A stretch of DNA of 64,000 nt from Eukaryota sp. GEM-RC1 (taxonomy: Eukaryota): assembly GCA_040285855.1 (NCBI GenBank), contig JAUFOQ010000004.1, positions 62,001-126,000 of the forward strand, read 5' to 3'. Shown one piece after another: positions 25,016 through 36,560 of the stretch. Positions within the stretch are counted from its first letter, which is position 1. The number at the start of each line of letters is the position of its first letter. The translations under genes were made by a program, and so were the position numbers. The notes beneath the pieces are model-generated. The model had not been told where the DNA came from. It searched no databases and worked only from the letters and a program-made list of their open reading frames with translations.

Positions 25016-26377
25016 ATGTACCTAGACCTTTCGTTCTTTGACGGCTTCAATTCCTTTTGGACTTATGCTGGCATCGGGGCTTTGTCTTTGACAATCATTC
25101 TTTTTGTTTTTGGATCTTGTTCTAGAGCATTTAGAGCCATCACGTTCTACTATATCAAAGTACTTCGATCCTCCTTTGTTATATCTTTCATGTGCTTATT
25201 GAAACCATTTACTAAAGGCTCCTCTCCAACTGACTTCGCTCAGAAATGGGTTAAGAAGCACCAGTATCCCAACCAAGATACTACCATTGAGACGTCTTCT
25301 GACTTTAGTGGTGGAATGCGCTCCAGTTTAGTCAAACTAACCATTAAAACTACAGATGAATCCAACCCTTCCCCTCAACACGTTGTTGTTAAGTACTTAC
25401 CCCATAAGTACAAGGCCATCCTCAGCTCATTGTTGCTTGACACCTCCAAGGAAGCCAAGTTCTACCAACACTTCCAACAGCAAGCTGCTTCTGTTATCCC
25501 CAATGTCTATTACTCTCATGCCAACATGTCAACAGGTGTCTACACCATCATCATGGAAGATCTCTCTGATTCCTTCCTCGTTGGAAAGATTTTAGGTAAC
25601 CAGTGCTGGGGTGAAGTTGACGTTCCCGCTGAGTTTGATTTCGATCATACTGAGCTCATCAATCACGTGTTTTTGACAATCGCTGACCTCCACTCTACTT
25701 TCTGGAACGACTCCTCCCTTTTCAAACACAAATTCCTTAAAAACACCGACCACTGCCAAGGAAAGGGTCGTAATCGGTTTGAGTTCGGTGTTTACTCAAT
25801 CAAATCTAAGTGGAATGCCATTTGTAAGGCAACTGCCAAGGGAACAATGACTTTCAAGTGGTCTCCTACTGTTGTTAAAGCCATTAACACTCTCTTTTCA
25901 AACTCTTCTTGGAAACAATACAGGTCTAGTCTCACCAAACAACCCTATACTCTTGTTCATCAAGACTTCCATCCTAATAACATGATGATTGATCGAAATA
26001 GGAAACTTTCCATTTTTGATTGGTCCGAGGCTGGTGTTGGTTGTCCTTTCAGTGATCTCTCTCAGTGGATGATCAGTCACGTGGATCCTGAATTAAGAAG
26101 AAGAATTGAGAGGACTGTTGTTCGTAATTATTATGATAAATTAGTCGAGAATGGTGTTGATGTTCCTTCTTTTGAACAGTGTTTCCAATATTACATTGTA
26201 GGAGGAATCGAAAGATGGTTGCAGATGTTGATCATTATGGGTCATTTTTATAGACTTGGAGGTTTACCAGAGTATGGCCTTCAGTTCTTTTATGATCAAG
26301 TTGAAGCTTTTGTTTCTGATCATTTCAATTCTTGTGACGAACTTGTGTTGATCAAGACAATGTACTGTTTGGAATAG
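25016..26377 (+). CDS. APH/ecdysteroid-kinase-like (choline kinase family) phosphotransferase with N-terminal TM helix
   Basis: VVVKY, EAKFY, IIMEDL, TLVHQDFHPNN, IFDWSEAGVG.P..DL. The likely start is ATG 25016, not the ORF-finder's 24770. Confidence 0.82.
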   Translation: MYLDLSFFDGFNSFWTYAGIGALSLTIILFVFGSCSRAFRAITFYYIKVLRSSFVISFMCLLKPFTKGSSPTDFAQKWVKKHQYPNQDTTIETSSDFSGGMRSSLVKLTIKTTDESNPSPQHVVVKYLPHKYKAILSSLLLDTSKEAKFYQHFQQQAASVIPNVYYSHANMSTGVYTIIMEDLSDSFLVGKILGNQCWGEVDVPAEFDFDHTELINHVFLTIADLHSTFWNDSSLFKHKFLKNTDHCQGKGRNRFEFGVYSIKSKWNAICKATAKGTMTFKWSPTVVKAINTLFSNSSWKQYRSSLTKQPYTLVHQDFHPNNMMIDRNRKLSIFDWSEAGVGCPFSDLSQWMISHVDPELRRRIERTVVRNYYDKLVENGVDVPSFEQCFQYYIVGGIERWLQMLIIMGHFYRLGGLPEYGLQFFYDQVEAFVSDHFNSCDELVLIKTMYCLE

Positions 26378-26777
26378 ATAGTTTTTTATTTATAAAATTT
26401 AATTAATCAGACATCACGCAATTCAAGTGTCCTAATTTGTTCAAAAAACGCCTTTAATTTTTAATTACAAATCGAGAAAATCATCATTATTAACAAAGGA
26501 GATACGAAAACCTCTACACCATCCCACATTCATGTCTCAATTCAAAGAGACGGTTTAATATTGAATCAAAATACCTAAGCAATGCTTTAAAGAAGAATTG
26601 ATGTTAAAATATCAGTTATTCTGTTCAATATCACTCAAACCGAACCATATCATAATGTCAAGATGTCACTGTAGACAACATCTATAAATAGTGTCTAGGA
26701 GTTAGAACCAGTTATTTATCCTAGTGCTAGTCTTTATTTACTACAGTGAATCTGTACATTGAATCTTTGAATTCACA

Positions 26778-27989
26778 ATGTCTTCTCCTCCTGATCATTC
26801 AGAAGATATTGAAGTAATTGAAGCTAACGATGCTGTTCAACTCTTTGGTAATCATAAAGATTCTGTCTTCACACTCTCTTGTGGTTCTGGAAGTCAATTC
26901 GGTGGTCTTGTCTGCTCTGGTGGGGCTGATGATCTTGCTTATGTTTGGGATATATACTCTGCTGTACCCCTATGTGAACTCTCTGGTTTCTCCGATTCTA
27001 TAGTCTCTACACACTTCTCTCATGATTCTTCTTTCCTTGCTGTAGCTTCTCTTGACGGTAGTGTTCGTGTTTGGAAAGTAGAAGATCTCATTGCTGCTGC
27101 TTCCAACTCTTCTGACACCATACCCAAACCTGATCCCATATGTCCTCTCAATGACTTTGGTGATGCCGTTCAATCTGTCCAATGGCATCCCAAAGGTAAC
27201 TTCCTTCTCTCTTCCTCTGGTGTTACTGCCTTCATGCATGCCATTCCACAAGGAACTTGCTCTAGAGTCTTCGTTGGTCAAGATGGTGACGTCACCTCGT
27301 TGACGTGGGCAAATGATGGTAAACTTATCATTGCTGGGTATGAATCTGGTGCTGTAGCTGTCTTTACCCCACGTGATGGCTCGTGTCTTTCTAGAGTTTC
27401 TCCAGCTCCTCCCCAAGATCGATCTTCTACTGGAATAATGTCACCCGTTACTTCCCTTGTATCTTCTTCTCAGTACAAGTTGGTTGTTGCTGGTGGAAGT
27501 GAAGGAGAAGTTTCTGTATTTAGAACACCGGAAATGAAGAGAATTGCTAATTATCAAATTCATTCTGATTCTATTGAGAGCATACACGTCATCAATCAAT
27601 CCTGGATTTTGACTGGCAGTACTGATGGGAAACTTGTCCTTTTTGATTTCCCTTTAACAACTTCTAGATTTGATTCTGATCTTGGTTGTGCTATTACTGG
27701 AGTCTCAATTCACTCTTTTAACGACATTGAGCAAGCATGTTTCTGTACTCTTGTGAATGGTAATGTTGAGGTAGTTGATATAAGGAATGGCTCAATTCTG
27801 TCGACGATTGAAGGTCATAATTCTCCCATTTTGACCCATTGTTTTGGTCCTGATAACCTTTTGATTGCTGGTGGTGACGATGGCACTGTGCTAGTGTTTG
27901 CTCCTGATGATATTGACGAACAAGAAGACGAAATGGAAGATGAAATTGATGAAGAGGTTGATGATGATGACATTGTTGAATTTGAATAA
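26778..27989 (+). CDS. WD40 repeat protein, Sqt1/AAMP-like
   Basis: HKDSVF...SGGADDLAYVWD...GFSDSI...FSHD..FLAVASLDGSVRVWK...WHPKGNFLL; acidic C-terminal tail. Confidence 0.8.
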   Translation: MSSPPDHSEDIEVIEANDAVQLFGNHKDSVFTLSCGSGSQFGGLVCSGGADDLAYVWDIYSAVPLCELSGFSDSIVSTHFSHDSSFLAVASLDGSVRVWKVEDLIAAASNSSDTIPKPDPICPLNDFGDAVQSVQWHPKGNFLLSSSGVTAFMHAIPQGTCSRVFVGQDGDVTSLTWANDGKLIIAGYESGAVAVFTPRDGSCLSRVSPAPPQDRSSTGIMSPVTSLVSSSQYKLVVAGGSEGEVSVFRTPEMKRIANYQIHSDSIESIHVINQSWILTGSTDGKLVLFDFPLTTSRFDSDLGCAITGVSIHSFNDIEQACFCTLVNGNVEVVDIRNGSILSTIEGHNSPILTHCFGPDNLLIAGGDDGTVLVFAPDDIDEQEDEMEDEIDEEVDDDDIVEFE

Positions 27990-28258
27990 CTCTGATTGGT
28001 GGAGTTTCTTAGTTTTTGGTTAGTTTTGATTGTTTACAGGTAAGTTTTGATTCGATTATTCTATTGTGTTAGTTTTTTCTTAGAAATTATTAGTTATTCT
28101 TTTTGGTGAGTGTGATTCTAAATATTTAAATTTGTTTTTACACATTACTTCAACTACATGTATTGGATTCAGCATATACTAGTAGTGTCGTTTGATTTGA
28201 GTCCGGAAGTAATGAACGAAGTTTAAGCCACAGATACGGATTAATGACTGCTTTCAAT

Positions 28259-28666
28259 CATACTTGGAAAATACAAATATGTACATGCAATTATTTGTAT
28301 TTTGTATATTTTAAAATTTATCGATGATGGGCATAAAAATTCTTATCAAAATTAATGCTATGAAACACTAGACACCGAAAATTCCTGGTCAAAAGTACCA
28401 CAGTTTTTATCCAACTTTGTGAAAATTGATTTAAAAAACTTAGGCATCGAACGGAACAAAGAACAAATCAAACGGTTATGCCAAATTGATAAGTTAAATC
28501 TGTTATTCTGAGACTTACAGATAGATCCAAAATCAGTTAGAAACTGAGATGCGATTTCACCAATACAATGGACTACCAAAAATAGAAATAGCAAATGGAT
28601 TTTGTATATTTTTGTATTTGTATTTGTATTTGTATTATTTTTAAGTAGGTGTATTTTCTAAGTATG
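28259..28666. mobile_element. Small hAT-type MITE carrying a nested retroelement fragment
   Basis: 16-bp TIR CATACTT(G/A)GAAAATAC. Flanks CTTTCAAT / TTTTCAAT match 7/8 as a TSD. Internal (TATTTG)n repeats. Confidence 0.7.
28313..28598 (-). mobile_element. 5'-truncated RLE-type non-LTR fragment nested in the MITE
   Basis: PFAISIFG / IGEIASQFLTDFG...WHNRLICSLFRSMPK. Flanked by the direct repeat ATTTTGTATATTTT (28299-28312, 28599-28612). Confidence 0.75.
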
Positions 28667-29421
28667 TTTTCAATAAAGTAGATCTATTTTAGTGTTGCAC
28701 ATTGTTATTGTTTGTAATATACCTACAATTCAATGCAACACGTGGTAACACTACAGATTTTTAAAATATGGAATCGTGTTTGCTATCTTTAAAGGTAGGA
28801 TGACTTCTGTTTTTATTCCGCTATTATCTCTTGGTAGACAATATGAGAATAAGGTAGGTGAGAATCTCCAGATTGGCAGTTTGGACTTTGAGGATATTCA
28901 TTATTCAATGTATGTACACTGTATCTAAGATCAAAAGTGCTACATGTACAGTAGATGTTGTTTCTCTTACAATCTTCACAAAGATTTCAAGTAATGATGT
29001 TGCAGATTCACCTACAGAACCGTACAGTGAAAATACAAATGATTATAACAAGTAATTCGAGTGTGAAACCGAATTCACTAATTTCAATGTAGCACAATAT
29101 TTTTCCATTTTGAATTTTTGACGGTTCTTCAAAATCCTTGGAAAACGATCAAATGTAGGACTAATTCATCCAAAAAGGGGTACAAAAGGTTGGAACACAA
29201 ATTTTGATTATGATTTTGCAATTACTAGTAATTCTTGTACTTGAGCGTCATACTTGGAATGCTTGAGCACTTTAACAGATTAAAAGAAGAATATAATTCT
29301 GTTACAAATATCGACCAATCAAAAAGAAATCATTTATCATTAATTGTACAAAGAAAAAATGTAGGAACACCCACTAATAGATACATCACAAAAAATAGCT
29401 ACACACAAAACAAAACCTAGA

Positions 29422-30600
29422 CTAATCCTCAATCTGTTTCCTATTAAACTTCATATGAGCTGATACCAACTCGTCCTGAACTAAAGCTGCCATTAATGAC
29501 AGCTCCCCAGCAAGTACAGCCGATGCCAAGACCATTGCCACTCGATCAACTCTATTGCAGTCAGAATCGTCACCAATCATTAATTTAATGTTCTGACTCT
29601 GAGCTTTAAGCTCCGTTCCTCCACCTACAACTCCCATTTCAACACTGGGCATTGTAACAGAGGCGTACAAGTTCCCATCGTCATCAACTTCCATTAAAGT
29701 CATACACTGGGAGGACTCTACAACTTGAGCAATGTCCTGGCCACAAGAAGCAAAGATTGCCGCAACAACGTTAGCGGCATGGGCATTGAAACCTCCAACA
29801 GAACCTGCAACAGCAGATCCAACGAGATTCTTAGCTATATTGAGGTCAACCATTTTCTTTGGAGTAGTCTTGAGAATTCTGTTGACCGTGTCTGCAGAAA
29901 GCACCGCTTCAGCAATGACTGACTTACCTCTACCTAGTACCCAATTAATAGAAGAGTGTTTCTTATCAGTGCAGACGTTCCCGCTAAGTGAAAGGCATTG
30001 AGCGGAAGGGTGGTGACGTAAGATGACGTCAACAATTGCTTTGCTGGCTTTTGATACCATGTTCATTCCCATTGCATCCCCAGTTGAGATTTTGATGCGA
30101 AGGAAAACGAATCGACCAGCCACGAATGGCTTCAGATCAATTAGTTTCGCATATCGAGAAGAAGAGGCTGTGGCTAGGGACAACACGGAGAACCCACTAG
30201 GGGTTAGCCAGGCCAAGAAGCGGTTGATGTCTGAGAGAGAAGGGAACTTGAGAAGAGGAGCTCTTGTCATTCCAGAATCTAAAACAGTGGCACTGGAACC
30301 ACCAGACTCAGAGATGGCTTTGATACCGCGCTGGACACTGGCAACTAAGCAACCTTCAGTTGTTGCAAGAGGGACAAATGAATTGAAGTTATTGACAACT
30401 AGTGGACCAGCGATACCTAAAGGAATAGGAACGTAGCCAACAACATTTTCACAGCATCTACCCTGTATGGCAGAATAGTCGAAATCAGAGTGTGGGATTT
30501 GGGAGACGTCGGAATAAGACACTGTTGAGCCGAGTAGTTGACGGCGTTCATCAACTTGTTCCTCAGGAGACTGATCTGAATGATTTATTGCGGAAAACAT
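29422..30600 (-). CDS. HMGR: HMG-CoA reductase (class I), catalytic domain only
   Basis: CCENVVGY, PLATTEGCLVAS, DAMGMNM, GNVCTDKK, GQDIAQVVESS, VGGGT, LAGELSL, AHMKFNR. Confidence 0.95.
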   Translation of the reverse strand: MFSAINHSDQSPEEQVDERRQLLGSTVSYSDVSQIPHSDFDYSAIQGRCCENVVGYVPIPLGIAGPLVVNNFNSFVPLATTEGCLVASVQRGIKAISESGGSSATVLDSGMTRAPLLKFPSLSDINRFLAWLTPSGFSVLSLATASSSRYAKLIDLKPFVAGRFVFLRIKISTGDAMGMNMVSKASKAIVDVILRHHPSAQCLSLSGNVCTDKKHSSINWVLGRGKSVIAEAVLSADTVNRILKTTPKKMVDLNIAKNLVGSAVAGSVGGFNAHAANVVAAIFASCGQDIAQVVESSQCMTLMEVDDDGNLYASVTMPSVEMGVVGGGTELKAQSQNIKLMIGDDSDCNRVDRVAMVLASAVLAGELSLMAALVQDELVSAHMKFNRKQIED

Positions 30601-30980
30601 CACAGGCAAGAGTTCTAAAAATACTTGTGGAGATGTAGATTATCCAATTGTCATTCAGTTCGTCACGTAATCAGTTTACTTTCAAATCACTTAGTCCCCT
30701 CTTAATGATGTTGTAGCAAAAAGCGGCGGCTAACATTATCATTGTTACAGTCTTGATGTTAACTACAACATAGATTATCAAAGAATCGTTTTTCTGCATA
30801 GCAATTCGAGACTAATTAGTATGTATTTCAGAATCAATTGACTTAGCATGTCATACAACCACATATTCGTTAATTTTCTATTTATTCAAAAAAATATTTT
30901 TGATCATGACTAGAAATAACATTTGGTATTGCAGTATATCCAACAAGAGCAACTGAGTAAAGACGAAGAGTGATAAGATA

Positions 30981-31443
30981 CTAATTTCTGGGTTTGGGCT
31001 TCTTTTCACGATAGAGGGCGTTGAGTGAAACACCAGCAACCTTGACAACCTTAAAACGGACTCCGGGAATATCACCAACAGCACGACCTCTACGACCGAA
31101 ACCAGTGACTAGGACTTCATCATTTTCATCAATGAAGTTTAAGCAACCATCGTTAGGAACGAAACAAGTGATCTTCTTACCATTCTTGATTAACTGAACA
31201 CGGACACACTTACGAATGGCAGAGTTAGGTTGCTTGGATTCGATACCGAGCTTTTCCAGAACGATACCCTTGGCCATAGCAGCACCACCGAAGGGGTTAG
31301 CCTTGAGAGAGGCGAGGAGATGAGTACGCTTGTAATCCTTATCGGCCCAGCGACCAACCTTTCTCATGTTGACATATTTACGAGCTGTGTTGATACCACG
31401 AGGTTTACTTGAATGAGCTTTAGATGGTGAGGACAAACCCCAT
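30981..31443 (-). CDS. RPS23: 40S ribosomal protein S23 (uS12); join(31439..31443,30981..31407)
   Basis: [40 protein letters not shown] 31-nt intron at 31408-31438 (GTTTGT...CTCATTCAAG) restores MGKPRG. Confidence 0.96.
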
Positions 31444-31790
31444 ATTTGACTTAGTGGAAGTAAAAGGAGGGTGTCTTCCCTAACTGAAATCCCTTCATCT
31501 TTTTCTTTTTCCTCAAGTTGTACTTCTTATACTTGATGGGAATGTCATTCTTGAACATCACATACGCGTGATCAGTCTTTTGCTGCTCAAATTATTGGCT
31601 TCTTTTCTTTGCAGAGATCATTTATATACAGTATTTTCCATTTCTCTTCTGATGGAACTGCTAGTTTGAAAGGTGTAACACAACAAATGATATATTTTTA
31701 TTGTGAACCATGCCGTTACTAGTCATTGCATGATAAACTCGGCCACGTTCAGATTTTGACTACATGTATTATGTGGAACAACGAACACTT

Positions 31791-32486
31791 TCAAAGAACG
31801 ACACAACAACAACCAGATGTTCTTTTTGTATACATATCTGTTCCAACTTCGGTATTTTTGAGATCAATAATGTGGAGAATGACCGGCACATCAGACTTTT
31901 GATTGTTAGATGGCGGACATAACTCAGACGCACCTAAAAAAGATTGGGCTGTTGTAAAATTGGAAATAGGATTTAGAGCACAGTTTGCGAAAGGAGTGGC
32001 TAACTCTTGTGTGAGACGGACAAAATAAGGATTTTGGCTTGTAGAAGTACTGCAAGAGTAGTGGAGGAACAATAGAATGGTCCATGATGCAACATCTAAA
32101 CTAACATCCTCAGATAAAACACCTGGTTCTGAAGAGAAAGTCTGTGACAAAATTTGATGTACATCAATCAGATGAAAAGATGAAAGACTGAAGAGATTAG
32201 AAAGAGTACTGCCTAACACAGTGATGGAAATAGTGTCAGAACCTTTAACTAAGCGTCGGAGTGACCGGGAAACACACTCGGAGTCATTACAAACTAAGCG
32301 CATTATCTCATCAGCATTGTCCTCTATCTCACAATCAGTGATTCCAAGGAAATTAACGAATTCGGACTCATTTAGTATCATATCGTTGAAGACATTATGA
32401 AGGCAAATCCGAAAATTGAATGACACAATTTGTTTGTGATAACACTGACAGCTGGCATTACGTGTATTTCCAATATCAATCCCCAA
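31791..32486 (-). CDS. Hypothetical protein with C-terminal CaaX-like motif (GCCCVVL); start uncertain
   Basis: 231-codon open frame ending in a prenylation/palmitoylation-type motif. Confidence 0.5.
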   Translation of the reverse strand: MGIDIGNTRNASCQCYHKQIVSFNFRICLHNVFNDMILNESEFVNFLGITDCEIEDNADEIMRLVCNDSECVSRSLRRLVKGSDTISITVLGSTLSNLFSLSSFHLIDVHQILSQTFSSEPGVLSEDVSLDVASWTILLFLHYSCSTSTSQNPYFVRLTQELATPFANCALNPISNFTTAQSFLGASELCPPSNNQKSDVPVILHIIDLKNTEVGTDMYTKRTSGCCCVVL

Positions 32487-32539
32487 ACTGTCTCTAATGC
32501 CATCTTACTACCTTTCTTTAATACATCATACAGACTTAC

Positions 32540-35029
32540 ATGGTTCTTGGAATCGACTTAGGTTCTAAACAATTTATTGTTTCTGCTGTCGGCCGAGGCG
32601 GTGTTGATGTTGTTCTTGACGGTTCAGCCCTTCGTACATCAGCGTATGAATGACTGTTCAATGCTCTTACTTCAGCAACATGATCGCTTTTTCTGATCGT
32701 GAGCGAGTTTGGGGTAACCCTGCTGCTACTCAAAGACGCTCTAATATAAAACGCACCGTTTGTGGTATTACTAGACTTTTGGGTCGTCGCACCACTGACG
32801 AAGGCTTTGAATATGAACGTTCTTTCCATCCTTACCCTCTTGTTGAAACTGACGATCACAAAGTTGCCGTTAAGATCAATTCTCGTGGAGAAACCCACAC
32901 CTACTTACCCGAAACTATCCTCGCCATGCATTTAAACCAAATCAAGAGAATGGCACATGATTCTGGTAAAAATACCACTGACGTTTGTGTTACTGTCCCT
33001 GTTTACTTCAATGACGAGCAACGCCATCTTGTCAAAGCTGCTTGTCAAATTGCCGGCCTCAACTGCCTCCGTGTCATGAGTGAAACTACCGCTGCTGCCC
33101 TCACTTACACCTTAAAGAAACATGAACAACTTCCCGAAGCCTCTGATAAAGAAGGAGCTCAGCACCTGGTCTTTGCTGACGTTGGTCATGCTGACACCCA
33201 AATGTGCCTTGTGAAGCTATCCAAGGGTTACTGCCAGATAGTATCCGTTGCATCTGACGAATTCCTTGGAGGAAGAGACTTTGATGCTTTGCTGATGAAG
33301 CACTTTGCTGAAGACTTCTTCAAAAAACTGGTCTCAATGTCTTTGAGAACCCTAAAGCAGTGCTCCGTCTTTCTACTGAAGCTGATCGTATCAAAAGATC
33401 CTCTCCGCAAATGCTGACGTGTCAGTACACATTGAAGCTTTAATGGAAGATACTGACTACAACTCCTCATTTAACAGAGCTGACCTCGAGGCCGTCTCCC
33501 AGCCTCTTCTCACTCGAATCCAATCTCTATGTGCTTCCCTCCTCCCCTCTGACTTCAACTCTACTATCAATGGAGTTGTTGGACTTGGAGGTGCTTCCCG
33601 TATCCCCAGTGTTGCTTCAATTCTAGCTACTTCCTTTGGTCACGAGTCTGTCCTTAGAACTCTCAATCCTGAGGAAGATATCTCCACTGGTGCTGCCTAT
33701 CAAGCGGCAATGCTCTCCCCAATGTTCAAGGTCCGTGACGTCACCGTGATTGACCTCGGAGTGCCTAAAACCATTACCTGTGAATATCCAACTGCCAGCG
33801 ATGAGCTCCATCGAGTTGATCTCTTCCCTGCTCATTGTCAAGTACCCTTAACTCGTAAGATTAACTTAGTCAGACGGCCAGAACCTTTTAATGTTGTGTT
33901 CTCTTATCCAGATCACCATGTTGCCACGTGGACAATTGGGGGATTCCCTGATCATTTGTCTAAGTCTGAGGACTATAAGATTAAATTACAGGCCAAAGTA
34001 TCAGGAGATTTGCTGCTTGAGCCAAGTAAAACTTATCTTTCTGAGACTGTCATGGTTGATGTTGAAGTTCCAGTTCAAGAAGAAAAGACAGAGACTCCTG
34101 CTGAGTCACCTGAAGCTGAAACTTCCCCTGAAATGCCTGAGAAGAAGCTAGATGCTGAGGAAGTCCCCACTCCAATGGAAGGAGAAGAACCAGAAACAAA
34201 CGTAGAAGAGACTACCAAGGAGAAACAACCAGAAAAGGTGGAAAAAAAGACCAAGATTGTTCAACAAAAGAAGGTGGTCCAACATCGTTTGATAGTTTCT
34301 CCTATTGCTGGTTTTGTTGTCCCTCAAGAAATAATTTCTAATGGAATTAAGTTTGAAGAGGAATTAATGAAGAAAGATTTAGAGTATATCGAGGCTACTG
34401 AAGCTAAGGTACAGTTGGAGTCCTTTGTTTATGGCGCAAGATCAGACCTTTCTACTTCTCTGTATGAGTTTATTGATAGAGGGGAAGCTGAAGTTCTTAC
34501 TTCTAAGCTTAATTCTTTGGAAGATTGGTTATATGATGATGGTTTTGACTGTCCAAAAACAGTTTACCAAGAGAAGCTTGCTCACATCAGAGCTCCAGTA
34601 GATCAAGCAAAGTTTAGGTTAGATGAATGGCACTCACGAACTCCTGCTCTCGAATCTCTCAAACATTCTATTGAGAAGTACACAGAACTTGTTGGTAAAA
34701 AGGACACTCTGGAAGAGTATAGTCATTTGGAAGCTTCAGATTGGAAAGGAATTGAAAAGGAAATTAAGTCTGCATCGAAATCTCTGTCAAAGTATATCTC
34801 GTCGCTTTCTTCCTTGTCAAAGTTACAGAATCCTCCAGTCTTATCAGCAGATGTTACTAAGAGAATGTCTGAATTTGAAACTGCAGTAGGGAAGATTCTA
34901 CACAAACCGAAACCAGAACCCAAGAAAGAAGAAGAGAAACCAGAGAAGGAGCCAGTTAAGACTGAAGAGAAGACAGAAGAGCCAATAGAGGAAGAATCGA
35001 AAATGGAGGGCGATGAACAGCAGAGTTAG
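32540..35029 (+). CDS. HSP110: Hsp110/Sse1 (Hsp70 superfamily); intron 32644-32675, two homopolymer frameshifts
   Basis: MVLGIDLG, VTVPVYF..EQR, GLNCLRVMSETTAAALTY, LGGRDFD, GGASRIP, acidic loop, LESFVY, EDWLYDDG. Extra A at 33322-33327 and at 33393-33396 restores KKTGLNV..RIKKILSAN. Confidence 0.92.
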
Positions 35030-35259
35030 TTTATAATTTGTTTATTGAATTTATTAAATATAGGATGTTTTGGATTTCTCTCTTTTAGTTTGTCGGAATA
35101 GACAATGGTCTCGACTAATCAGTCAACGTGTACAAAGTCAAATAGCGACTTGAAATCTGGATCCGTTCTTTGAATTTTTGACACAATTAACTAAATTTTT
35201 GGAATAACTACTAGTATACTCATTAGATTTTTGAAAGAAACACTACCTAGACTACTACA

Positions 35260-36368
35260 TACTCCAATTTACCTAATACTAGCCTGCGTCTTGGCTAGTA
35301 TTAGGGGAAGGCTAGTAATTTTTTCTCAATTTCAGTGATAGAAAGTACGGTAAATACAAAGATGTTTCTTTGTCTCATTGCTTTTAGTTCTACACAGTTA
35401 TCAGTTACACTTCTCGTTAGTGTTCATTCTGTTCAGTGTGCCAAGAGTACACGTTTTCAACGACGAAATTAAATTAAATTTGAGAGCTGTAATTTTAGAC
35501 TATATCCATGTCACTTGATAAACAACATTAAGAGAGAAACCTTGCTTACCTTACCATAAGTTGAGGAGTCACTAAATATTTTGCAAATTAATGATGACGA
35601 TCATTGGTATGTTTTTGAGTAACTCAGGGAAATGAAGTTTGTTTAGCGCTTCACCAATTCCGGTATCAGTCTCAGTACAAGATTAATCTTCCTGATATTT
35701 GACGACTAATTTTTGGGTCACGTAACAAAATTAACAAGTACATAATTAGTTTGTTTTATGTTGTAAATTAACGAAATACAAACAACTACATTGTACATGT
35801 AGTACTTAAAAGATATTAAATGATCCACATCTACTCTTGAACTACCACGATACAATTTGTCCAGAATACGATTCAAATACTTTGGGAAACTTCTATATAA
35901 GGAAAAAACAATGCGATTGCGCCAAAGAGACTGATTAAAATTTTTCCTATGGTCACGGCACAACTCTGAAAAGGCATCAAAGAAATTTTCAGCAGCAAAT
36001 CCAATATTACCAAGAATTGAAATAGCAAAAGGAATGAACTTAAAAGAAGAATATAAATAATGATATAATTAGTGTCTTAAAGATCTTGATCTGATACGTC
36101 ATTAGGTTCGTCTTCGTTCCCAAAGGTGTCATATGGTACTTTGTTTGGGATCACAATTCGTTGACCTTCCATCCATTCATTACACGCCCACTCAAAGCCA
36201 TCCTTGAAAAGTGATGAGCAATACAAGAAAGAAAACTGTAAAAATAGAAGCACTTAAATCTAGAACCACTAAAGTACTTCAAAAATGGGGGCTCGTATTC
36301 TGCATTTTACTATCCTACCCCGTCGTGACGAGTAATAGGGAAGGGCTAGGATTAGGTTAATTAGAGTA
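35260..36368. mobile_element. TA-flanked TIR element, copy 2 (inverted relative to 8321-9364)
   Basis: Ends TACTCCAATTTACCTAATACTAGCC ... TAGGTTAATTAGAGTA. Internal blocks match the reverse complement of copy 1, e.g. AAGGATGGCTTTGAGTGGGCGTGTAATGAATGGATG. Confidence 0.87.
35751..36064 (-). mobile_element. 5'-truncated RLE-type non-LTR fragment nested in the TIR element
   Basis: FIPFAISILGNIG...LWRNRIVFSLYRSFPKY. Absent from copy 1 of the host element. Flanked by ATAATTAGT (35742-35750, 36065-36073). Confidence 0.82.
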
Positions 36369-36560
36369 TTCCACATCTTAAATGCCACCAAGATTTAATT
36401 CTACATTACTGAAAGACTTACAAGTCCACATACTAGTATGCTCAACTTCCTTTGATGTGATGAATAACCAAAAGAACTCAAATTCAGAGCACAAAAAGAA
36501 GAAAGAAACAAAACGAAAACGAAATAAATTTAAAACTTCAAACAGCATATACAATTCTAT

